The notes beneath the pieces are model-generated. The model had not been told where the DNA came from and did no database searches. It was given only the letters and a program-made list of their open reading frames with translations. Source: the human T2T-CHM13v2.0 reference genome, Homo sapiens. From it: DNA of 64,000 nt. Below are positions 1-11,904 of the stretch, piece by piece (within the stretch, counting starts at the first letter, position 1; the number at the start of each line of letters is the position of its first letter). The position numbers and the translations under genes were made by a program. The stretch lies in assembly GCF_009914755.1 (NCBI RefSeq), contig NC_060941.1; one strand, written 5' to 3'.

Positions 1-93
1 TGCCAAGGCAATCACTGGAAGGAACACTGCCCCAGAGGACAAAGGTTCTCTGGGCCAGAAGCCCCCAGCCAGATGATCCAACCACAGGACTGA
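1..93 (+). pseudogene. gag: ERV gag C-terminus (nucleocapsid zinc knuckle)
   Basis: Frame 1 reads CQGNHWKEHCPRG...QPQD* (C-x3-H-x4-C part of the knuckle), TGA at 91-93 in frame with the protease. Confidence 0.85.
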
Positions 94-3000
94 GGGCACC
101 CAGGGCAAGTGCCAGCTCATGTCATCACCCTCACTGAACCCTGGGTAAGTTTAACCACTGAGATTCAGGAAATTGACTTCCTCCTGGACAGTGGTGTGGC
201 TTTCTCAGTGTTAATCTTCTGCCCTGGACAGCTGACCTCAAGGTCCATTACCATCCAAGGAATCCGGGGACAGCCGTAACCAGGTATTTCTCCCACCTCC
301 TCAGTTGTAATTGGAGACTTTGCTCTTTTCACATGCCTTTCTTGTTATGCCTGAAAGTCCCACACCCTTATTAGGGAGGGACACATTAGCCAAAGCTGGA
401 GCTATTATCTATGTGAATATGAGGTACATGTTACCCATTTGTTGTCCCCTACTTGAGGAGAGAATCAACCCTGAAGTCTGGGCATTGGAAGAATAATTTG
501 GAAGGGCAAAAAATGCCTGCCTAGTTCAAAGCAGGCTAAAAGAACCCACCACTTTTCCTTATCAAAGGCAATATCCCTTAAGGCCTGAAGCCCATAAAGG
601 ATTACAGGATATTGTTAGACATTTAAAAGTTCAAGTCTTAGTAAGAAAATGCAGCAGTTCCTGCAACACCCCAATTCTAGGAGTACAAAAACCGAATGGT
701 CAGTGGAGACAAGTGCAAGATCTTAGACTCATCAGTGATGCAGTAATTCCTCTATATCCAGCTGTATCCAACCCCTATACCTTGCTCTCTCAAATACTGG
801 AGGAAGCAGAATGGTTCACTGTTCTGGACCTCAAGGATGCCTTCTTCTGCATTCCCCTGCGCTCTGACTCCCAGTTTCTCCTTGCCTTTGAGGATCCCAC
901 AGACCACACATCCCAACTTACGTGGACGGTCTTTACTCAAGGGTTTATGGATACCCCTCATCTGTTTGGTCAGTCACTGGCCCAAGATCTAGGCCACTTC
1001 TCAAGTCCAGGCACTCTGGTCCTTCAGTATGTGGATGATTTACTTTTGGCTAAACAGCAGGCTACTCTAGATCTCTTGAACTTTCTAGCTAATCAAGGGT
1101 ACAAGTTGTCTAAATTGAAGGCCCAGCTCTGCCTACAAGTCAAATATTTAGGCCTGATCTTAGCCAGAGGAACCAGAGCCCTCAGCAAAGAATGAATACA
1201 GCCTATACTGGCTTGTCCTTGCCCTAAGACATTAAAACAGTAGTGGGGGTTCCTTGGGATCACCAGCTTTTGCTGACTATGGATCCCCAGATACAGTGAT
1301 ATAGCCAGGCCACTCTAAAATCAAGGAGACCCAGAGGGCAAATATTCATCTAGTAGAATGGGAACCAGAGGCAGAAACAGCCTTCAAAACCTTAAAGCAG
1401 GCCCTAATACAAACTCCAGCCTTAAGCCTTCCCATAGGACAAAACTTCTCTTTATATGTCACAGAGAATGGGAATAGTTCTTAGAGTCCTTACTCAGACT
1501 CGTGGGACAACCCCACAACCAGTGGCATACCTAACTAAGGAAACCGATGTAGTAGCAAAAGGCTGGTCTCACTGTTTACAGGTAGTTGTGGTGGTGGCCA
1601 GCTTAGTATCATAGGCTATCAAAATAATACAAGGAAAGGATCTCACCATCTGGACTACTCATGTTGTAAATGGCATACTAGGTACCAAAGGAAATTTATG
1701 GCTATCAGACACCCACCTGCTTAGATACCAAGTGCTACTCCTTGAGGGACTGGTGCTTCAAATATGCACATGTGTGACCCTCAACCCTGCTACTTTTCTC
1801 CCAGAGGATGTGGAACCAATAGAGCATGACTGCCAACAAATTGTGGCCCAGACTTATGCCACCCGAGAGGATCTCTTAGAAGTCCCCTTAGCTAATCCTG
1901 ACCTTAACCTATATACCAGTGGAAGTTTATTTGTGGAGAATGGGATATGAAGAGCAGGTTATGCCATAGTTAGTGATGTAACTACTTGAAAGTAGGCCAC
2001 TTCCCGCAGGGACCAGCACCCAGATAGCAGAACTAGTGGCGCTTACCCAAGCCTTAGAACCGGGAAGGGAAAAAAGAATAAATGTGTATACAGGTAGCAA
2101 GCATGCTTATCTAATCCTACATGTCCATGCTGTGATATGGAAAGAAAGGGAGTTCCTTTACAGAAAGGGGAACCCCCATTAAATACCACAAGGATATCAT
2201 GGAGTTATTGCACACAGTGCAAAATCCCAAGGAGGTGGCAATTTTACAGTGCCAAAGCCATCAAAAAGTTGAAGGAGAAAAAGCAGAAGGAAACTGTTGG
2301 ACAGATGCTGAGGCCAAAATTGCTTCCGGGGGAACTTCCCATTAGAAATACCTATGGAAGGACCCTTGGTATGGAACAACACTTTCCAAGAGATTAAGCC
2401 CCAGTATTCCCCAGCCGAAACAGAATGGGGACTTTCATGGGGGCATAGTTTTCTCCCCTTGGGGTGGTTAATGACAAAAGAGGGAAAGGTATTCATACCC
2501 GAAGCCAGCCAGTGGAAAATACTTAAGACCCTTCACCAAACTTTTCATATGGGTATTGAGAACACTCTTCAAATGGCCAAATCTGTATTTACAGAGTCAA
2601 ATCTCCTCCAGACCATCTGACAAGTAGTCAAAGCCTATGAGGTGTGCCAAAGGAATAATCCGTTGGTCCACTGTAAGGCCCCTCTGGGGGAACAAAGAAT
2701 AGGGCACTATCCTGGAGAGGACTGGCAGTTAGACTTCACCCATATGCCTAAGTCAAGGGAGTTCAATACTTTTTGGTCTGTGTTGATACCTTTATAAATT
2801 GGATAGAAGCCTTCCCCTGCAATACAGAGAAGGCTCAGGAAGTGGTTAAAGTCCTAATTCATGAAATAATTCCTAGATTTGGTCTTCCCCAAAGCTTACA
2901 AAGTGACAGTGATCCAGTTTTTAGAGCCATGTAACTCAGGGAATTTCCAGGGCACCAGGGATACAATATCACCTTCATTGCACCTGGAGGCCACAATTCT

Positions 3001-3180
3001 CAGGGAAGGTCGAGAAGGCAAATTGAACACTCAAGAGGCACTTAAGGAAACTAACACAGGAAACTCATCTCCCATGGCCTACTCTCTTGCCCATGGCCTT
3101 GTTGAGAATCCATAATTCTCCTCACAAAATGGGGCTCAGTCCATATGAAATGCTGTATGGACGACCTTTTCTCACAAAAG
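94..3180 (+). pseudogene. pol: ERV pro-pol (protease, RT, RNase H, integrase), many stops and frameshifts
   Basis: IDFLLDSG protease motif, PLLGRD, LDLKDAFF, TQGF, QYVDDLLL in ORF 713-1195, PGEDWQLDFTHMP integrase core near 2710. Confidence 0.93.
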
Positions 3181-3184
3181 ACCT

Positions 3185-4440
3185 CCAAGTCATCCAAACA
3201 GCTCCATTCAGATGGCTTGTCAGCTTCTCAGAGCCCCCCCAAAATCATCACATCCTCCCTGCTTAACAGTCTGGGTTTTGTAATGGCAAACATACTCCCT
3301 GCATGACCATTCACCCCTGGAACCCCTGTGGCAGCACACCCACCACTAGTGAATGCCTTCTCATCCCCAATTTCAATTACTCTCTAGAATGGTTCCTAGT
3401 AGATACAAAACGGTTTTTTTCTCCAGTGAGAAAATAGAACACAGGGAGCCTCTCAGTTTGTTCCCAACACCATTTTCCAGCCACTCACTGGAGCTACCTT
3501 TGCAAGTACTCTAGGAGTATGGTAAAATGAAAACAACAAACTCACACACCTTTTTAACATACACAACCAGTTCTGTCTACCCAGCCAAGGCATATTCTTC
3601 TTATGTGGAACTTCAACATATATCTGCCTTCCCACCAACTGAACAGGCACCTGCACCTTAGTCTTCCTAAGTCCCAACATTGACATTGCCCCAGGAAATC
3701 AGATCCTATCAGTGCCCCTCAAAGCTCAAGTCTGTCAGTGCAGGGGCATACAAGTAATGCCTCTACTTACAGGGTTAGGAATAACCACTGCTACAGGATC
3801 CGGAATAGCCATTTTATCTACTTCATTATCCTACTACCACACACTCTCAAAGGATTTCTCAGACAGTTTGCAAAAAATAACAAAATCTGTCCTTACTCTA
3901 CAGTCCCAAATAGACTCTTTGGCAGCAGTGACTCTCCAAAACCACCGAGGCCTAGACCTCCTCACTGCTGAGAAAGGAGGACTTTGCACCTTCTTAGGGG
4001 AAGAGTGTTGTTTTTACGGTAACCAGTCAGGGATAGTATGAAATGGTGCCCAGCATTTACAGGAAAAGGCTTCTGAAATCAGACAACGCCTTTCGAACTC
4101 TTACACCAACCTCTGGAGTTGAGCGACATGGCTTCTCCCCTTTGTACATCCTGTGACAGCCATCTTGCTATGACTCGCCTTTGGCCCCTGTATTTTTAAC
4201 CTCCTTGTCAAACTTGTTTCCTCCAGGATTGAGGCCATTAACCTACAGATGGTCTTACAAATAGAACCCCAAATGAGCTCAACTCACAACTTCTTCCGAG
4301 GACCCCTGGACCAACACACTGGTCCTTTGACTGGCCTAGAGAGTCCCTCTCTGGAGGACACTACAACTGCAGGGCCCCTTCTTCACTCCTATCCAGCAGG
4401 AAGTAGCTAGAGTGGTCATCGCCCACTTCCCAGCAGTTGA
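3185..4440 (+). pseudogene. env: ERV env remnant (5' deleted), TM domain recognisable
   Basis: ORF 3712-4041 carries the immunosuppressive domain LQNHRGLDLLTAEKGGLC and CX6CC (CTFLGEECC). Confidence 0.92.
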
Positions 4441-4463
4441 GGTGTGCTGTTAAGAGGGGGGAT

Positions 4464-4914
4464 TGAGAGGTAAGGCCAGTTGGACTTCCTGGGTTGAGTG
4501 GGAACTTGGGGAACTTTCCTGTCTTACAAGACAATTGTAAAATGCACCAATCAGTGCTCTGTAAAACACACCAATCAGCGCTCTGTAAAATGCACCAATC
4601 AGCAGGATTCTAAAAGTAGCCAATCGTGGGAAGGATTGAAAAAAGAGCACTCTGATAGGATAGAAATGGAACATGGGAGGGGACAATAAGGGAACAAAAG
4701 CTGGCCACCCCAGCCAGCAGCAGCAACCTGCTCGGGTCACCTTCCACTCTGTGGAAGCTTTGTCCTTTCACTCTTCGCAATAAACCTTGCTGCCGCTCAC
4801 TCTTCGGGTCTGTGTCATCTTTCAGAGCTGTAACGCTCACCGTGAAGGTCTGTGGCTTCATTCTTGAAGTCAGCGAGACCACAAACCCACTGGCAGGGAC
4901 CAACTCTGGACACA
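4464..4914 (+). mobile_element. 3' LTR, LTR12 family (short, LTR12F-like)
   Basis: Starts TGAGAGG after the PPT, ends GGACACA; four CCAAT boxes at about 24-bp spacing (4547, 4571, 4595, 4620); AATAAA at 4779-4784. Confidence 0.9.
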
Positions 4915-6461
4915 GTTTGATATTTCAGTGAAACTCCACTTAAGCTCATTATTTCCTCAAAAAGTATATTCTTTGTTTGTTTTGCATGTCTTATGTTTTG
5001 ACTTCCTAATACTCCAGCATTTTAAAGCCAATTCTCACTGTTATTATTGAGTCTATAACACTGTATCATATAGGCTTATACTTTGTATTTATTATGTGAG
5101 TACATATTCCTGGAGTAGATGCCTGGACTTCATCATTTCAAAGTCTCAGAAAGAAGGCTTTTCTCTCTAAACTCCTGCCCTACTTTGAAAAGGAGAAAAA
5201 ACTGCTGAACAGGAGCTTGGGGTGATGGAATAGTGGAAGACATTTTGTAGCAAAATTAAATGATTCAGGAATATAAATCAGCTTATAATTCAACTAAGTC
5301 TTGAGGGAGTAATTTTTGGCACTGAGACAACTGCTGTGGATAGACCCACACCTGTATCTTATGGTATCACTTGCCTTATCTTTATTTTCTTCTCTCCACT
5401 TCTAGGCTAAGTTTAGTTTATTTTCTGCAGCTTGTCTTATGGAATACCCTTAAATGGCTTCAGGGTTCTCTCATAGGTGCATATTGTAGCCCATTATTGC
5501 TTAGGGAGCCAGCAGGCAGAGGAGCAAAGGAGAGTAATGAGTCCTTACATAACACTGCAGTATTTGCTGTTCCCAACTGCTCTGTTCCTTGCTAAGGCAG
5601 TATGGGGAGCAGTTACCTCTACCACATACAGTCTGAATGTCTTAATCATTCTTGGAAAAACAATTTCAGTACACTCATTAGAGCCAAAAGAGTTCCATTT
5701 CTCCAAAGGGATTTTTGAAATGGGAACACTGAAGTAGAATCTGACAGAGGCAGAAAAGCCAGAGGTATTCAAAGGGATAAGAATAAAAACAAAGGCAGGG
5801 AGGATCGTGTTTAGAGTCTGTCATTGGGAATGAAACAAGCCCCCATTTGATCCAGGTTTTTATGACCATCATAATAGACATAGCCACTTGAATATATAAA
5901 GATTTCTTCCTATGTGTATAACAAAATGAAAATATTAATTGGCCATCTCTGAATAGACATCAAAGTCAGACAAAACTTCTTTTGTGATTATCTTTTGGGA
6001 GTCATAAGGGTAAAGATAAGAGGATTTTCTACTGCTGGCCATGCTAAGGTAGACTATGATCAGGTCTAATAGAGCCTGCTTCAAGGATCAGATGAGTATG
6101 AGACAACTTCTTATACTTTAGGGAGAAGAGCAATAAAAAGTTTTCAATTCATCCTTCATCCTTAGTCCTCCCTATATTGCTGCTAGTAGCAGTACTGGGT
6201 GTAGGGCTCCAACGTCAGAGGCAATTCATATAGGACTCAGACTCATCAAGCAAACAACAAAGAACAAGAACCCAGCAGAGTGACTCTTTGTTATAAAGGA
6301 AGGTAAGATCCTTGAACAGTGTGTTTATACTGCTAGAATTCTCTCATACTCATCCACTCTGGCACTCTCTGCCATATCTTTGCAAAATGACTATGAGTGT
6401 GTATGATTGCACACATAAAAAATAGACTCACTAAAGAGTCTACAAAAGTAGACTCATTAAA

Positions 6462-6578
6462 GTGTATATATATATACACACACACATATATACACACATA
6501 CATATTTATACACACACATATATATACACACATACATATATATACACATACATACAAGTATATTTTATATATATATGA
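6462..6578. repeat. Mixed (TA)/(CA) low-complexity microsatellite
   Basis: TATATACACACACATATATACAC... array. Confidence 0.9.
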
Positions 6579-7149
6579 TAGTAGCAGCCAAGTCTAGGCA
6601 TAGAATATCACAGTATGTAGTAGCTAATGTTGAACATAGTACTATAGAGGAGAGATTTCCTTTTATGCTTCCTACCCTCCTTCACTATCATACATATACA
6701 TGCTAACACGTATATCAGTGATTCTTTTGCTGGATCAGAGGAGGTAGTGTATACTTTGGGCAATCCCGTCTAACAAGCACTGTATGGGTTGCCATGTGGC
6801 AGTTACACAACAAATAACACAGAATTTGGTGAATTGGATGCATAAAGTTTTCTTTTCCTTTCTTTCTGCATCTTTCTTTCCTTCTCTGAGAAACCAGGAC
6901 CAAATTATCTCCTTGAGATTCATGGACTTATATTGGGACTGAGGACTTCCAAAGGAGGAGAAAAGGACATTGCCATTCATAGTCTGATGAGGCCAAGGTA
7001 TAATTTAACTTTACACTAAAAAGAGTGGTATCATATTTTGTATTTAATGCTGGTGAGGTATGTGTTTCCTCTATTGTTTATTAACATAAACATGCATTTT
7101 AGAGCTTGAGACTTTACAGAAAAGAGGAATGCAAAAGAAAAGGGAAAGG

Positions 7150-7500
7150 AAATAGCATGTATTGGGCACATATAATGTTATGTTTTGGGTACGTAATCCG
7201 TGTGTTTAAAAGAACTCTTAGATGATACTAATAACTAAGCTAAATCCTAACCTTAACCTTAACTGTGTCCTTAATACCAGCATCAACACAAAACCCAGAG
7301 AACAAATAAGTTGGGCACACAATCTATTCCTATAAGCTTTCCAGATATGTTAGCTCATTCAATCCTACCAAAAGTTCTGTAAGATATTTCGGGTTGAATC
7401 TCTTTAAGGTGTAGGAAAGGTTGAGTAATTTACCTTAAGTCATATAATTATTGGAAGGTAGATTTGCAGTGTGAACTTAGAAGTAACTGACATTTAAAGA
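7150..7500 (-). mobile_element. MIR SINE fragment, interrupted by an insert at 7171-7310
   Basis: Degenerate MIR motifs: tagcatgtattgggcac, ttagctcattcaatcct, aaggttgagtaatttacc. Confidence 0.55.
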
Positions 7501-8254
7501 TGGGGAGAATGAGATGAAATGTGAAGGAAAAAGCCTTGGAGACAGAGCCAAAACTGGATCTCAGATTCTATGCCTGCTAAAAAGTGTTCTTTCTAACCTA
7601 CTATCTTCACTGGGGCTGTTAAGTGCCTATAAAATTAAGTATGAAAGTATCAATCGAAAGTGAGAAGGAAAAAAGGTGGAGAAAATTGCACTTGCCACAA
7701 ACAGACTCAGGATTTTGATTCCCCTTCTTTCTTGGGTTACATAATCTAAACAAAAGAACTTCAAGAATTTTCAGTCACAGCTATAATGTCCCCGGTAATG
7801 TTTTTATGTAGCCTTTAAGTTTTTTTTCCTCTGCATTGCTTTTATTACCTGCTGAGTATTATTATATTTTACACATTATTTGACATGAAACCTTGCCCTT
7901 GATGAAATGACACTTTCTTATATTCTCTTGAAAGCTTGTAAGACCAGAAGCGGATTATTCCATAGCTTCTACCTTTCTTGAATAAAGCTACATGAATACA
8001 CTGTAACTTTGGTCTTTGGAATGGAGTTTCTTAAAGAGAAATATAGATGGAAGAATATCATTTTGTCTTTTTATCTTTTATCATATGCAAGCATAGATGA
8101 GCAAAGAGTAATTCAAGAGAAGAAAGATTTTACATGACTTTTTTCATTGATTCATTTAGTAACTGGTAATATACTGACAACATATTATGTCTAATTATAT
8201 TTGCCCAATATATATTATTAACAATTCAAATCTCACAGTATCGTGTTTTTCTGT

Positions 8255-8365
8255 TTATTTTTTTAAATTGACTTTATTTTTTAACTTATGAATTATATGT
8301 GATATTTTAATATAAGCATACTATGTATAATGATCAATTCTGGATAACTGGGATATTCATCACCT
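8255..8365 (-). mobile_element. Short L1MA-type 3' end fragment
   Basis: T-rich start followed by tgtataatgatcaa...gggatattcatcacc, typical of the antisense L1MA 3' UTR. Confidence 0.5.
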
Positions 8366-10474
8366 TGTTTTTCTATTTACATTTGTAATTGAGGGGGTCT
8401 GGGGTCAATTTGCAGTACAACTTGAATAAATGTAGAAAATCTAATGGTGTGCATTCTGTATTACTATTTGCTCACAGATTTTGACTTTGATATTTTACCC
8501 TTATTTTTCCATTCTCTGTTTTAAAAATATATTCATTTTTGTGTCTTAATTAATTACACTTATTTAAACTTTTTCAAATCCTTTTGGGAAATGAAGACGA
8601 TAGGTAGAGGGTTAGTTAATAAGCAAGCAAGAAAGCTACATTAACTCCACGACGTTGTGTCAATCAGCCTGTTTTGTTTGTTTTCAGTTTAAAGTGAGAA
8701 ATTTCTTAAAGGGATTTAAACAATTTATCCTGTTTGGCATGGTTCCTAATACCTATAAAGTATTTCCTGCTCTCTATTTTGAAACAAGAATGATAAATTG
8801 GACAAGGTTGATAGAATTGAACAGCAATACGTGTGTGACATTTTGCTGTCATGTCTTCAAATCTGTTCATATAATGGAAATTCTGCATTGTAGTTGAAAA
8901 TAATTTATCTATTTTAATGCAGATGCAGATGTATTCAGTTCAACTGATTATTACTTCACTGTATACACTGATCAGTTATTTATGTTTGTCATCTTATTAG
9001 TGGCTTTTGATCACTTTGATTTTTTTAAGGGTGATTAAAAGATACTTGAAACATGTTGCAGTATCTTTCTTAAGTAGCCTAACAAATGTAATTAGTCAAA
9101 TACTAAAGTTAACTCATAAAATTTGTGACTCACATAGAATAATCTTCAAAATAAAACTCTACTAACTTATAAGCTTAGGTATTAGTATGAACTAAGAGTT
9201 CTTCAGATCTTTCATTACTACTTTTTTCAAAATACCTGATCAGGATGAATAATCAGAGAAGGAATATGTGAATTGGGGGAGGTTTTACTGTATGATATAA
9301 ACGAGATGATATAATCTGACTCTACCACAGTAAAATATACCAATTCTACTTTCATCGTCTCTAATACTAAGCAAAATATTTTAAGACACAACTGTAGCCC
9401 GAAATAGTAACTATACCATCTAAAAGCTAACCCTAATTCTAGCACTAATCTTAGCCAAAATCCTCATGCTAATGCTCAATCTATTTAAAGCCTCTTACTC
9501 TAGGAGATTAACATTTATTTTCATGCTAAAGTTGAATCCTAGCCTTACCCCTAACAGTACCCTTAATACCAGCATCAACACAAAAACCTGAAAAACAAAT
9601 AAGTTTTAACTCACATATGAACTTTGACTGGTAGTGTGTTCTCAGGGTCACTTTGTTGAGGAAGATGCTAAAACTCAGTGGGAAAGAATTTGGAGACAAT
9701 GAACCATGTCTTTCCTAATACAGAAGTAAAGGAGAGCAGCATGGGTGCCAAGCATTTGCTGTCCTTATCCTAATAATACCCCTTGCCCTGGTCTGGCCCT
9801 GACTCCCTAAAGGTAAACATTGCTGGCAAGTCATATGACAAGAGAAGAAAATTATTCTCTGCTTTGGTCTCTATTATAATAAAGAGTAGGGCATGAGTTC
9901 CTAAGGACCAAGTTTTCTTCCCTAGAGGAAATACACTTTTTTAAATGTCACAACTTGTCAAAATGATTCATTCATTCCATATATATGAAAGAATATAGAC
10001 AAAGAATTTAGTATCTCAATGCTCCATTTTAATATTGAAGTGACTGATTACCAAAGAGACCACCTAACAATCATTCTGCTATCAAGAGGATACGTTTTCT
10101 TATTTTACTTCTCTGAGACATTTATGTAATATATCAAATGTTATTAATCCTTGCCAATTGTTAATTTGAAATAATTAATGGCGTATTTCACAGGATATAA
10201 GCATAATTTTCTCAGTGTAGTTTATTTTTCTAAGCACATGGGCATGATATTCAAGCCATGGCTAGAAAAATTCTTTTTAAATTAGTTTCATTGAAAATTC
10301 ATAGTACAGATATAACTAAAAAACAGGATGATTAACTCCCAGATGCTCTTAAAGAGCTTCAACAATTATCAATCCATGGTTAATCTTATTTAGTTAATTT
10401 ACATATTACTTATATGTTTTTATTCAAATTTTAGACATTATCTGAAAATATCTCTATAACTTAATGACTTGATT

Positions 10475-10918
10475 TTTAAAAATAGCTTAATTGAAGAATA
10501 TTTGAATATCATAAAATTCACCTATTTAAAATGTACAATTCAGTGGTTTTTAGTATATTCAGAATTCTGTTAGAATTACCACAATCTTATTTAAGAACAT
10601 TTTCATCACTCCCAAAAGAAACCCCATATACATTAGCAGTCACTCCACATTTTACTCCCACCAGCAACCCTAGGGAATCACTAATCTAGTTTTCTACATC
10701 TATTTTCCTATTCTGGACATTAAATATAAATTAAGTCACATTATATTTGATCTATTGTGTTTGCTTTCTTTAACTTGGTGTAATGCATTCGAGATTCATC
10801 CATGTTATATTATGTATCAGTACTTACTCCTTTTCATTACCTAGTAATACTCCGTTGTATGGATATAACACATTTTGTTTATTCATTCACAGTTGATACA
10901 CATTTTGATTGTTTCCAA
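10475..10918 (-). mobile_element. L1MB-type 3' end
   Basis: ataaaattcacctatttaaaatgtacaattcagtggtttttagtatattc...cccaaaagaaacccc motifs. Confidence 0.8.
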
Positions 10919-10919
10919 G

Positions 10920-11904
<985 letters not shown>

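Larger units (their letters stand above)
1..4914 (+). mobile_element. HERV9-group (ERV9/HERV-W-related, gamma-like ERV1) provirus, 5' part outside window, defective
   Basis: Colinear gag end, protease, RT, RNase H, integrase and env TM, then a polypurine tract (AAGAGGGGGGA, ~4452-4462) and an LTR12-type LTR with TG...CA ends. Confidence 0.92.

Noticed and set aside
91-93. In-frame TGA between gag and pro as an unusual recoding signal
   Set aside because: Stop-codon readthrough at the gag-pro junction is established for gamma-like ERVs.
4547-4624. Regularly spaced ~24-bp repeats resembling a CRISPR-like array (also 48875-48996)
   Set aside because: These are the CCAAT-containing U3 tandem repeats of LTR12; there are no unique spacers and no cas genes.
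6333-6597. ORFs rich in YI/HT/CV (also 31832-32147)
   Set aside because: Translations of dinucleotide low-complexity DNA.
9420-9560. CCCTAA-like degenerate hexamers suggesting an interstitial telomeric sequence
   Set aside because: Only isolated matches, too degenerate to call; noted only as the donor region for the 7171-7310 insert.
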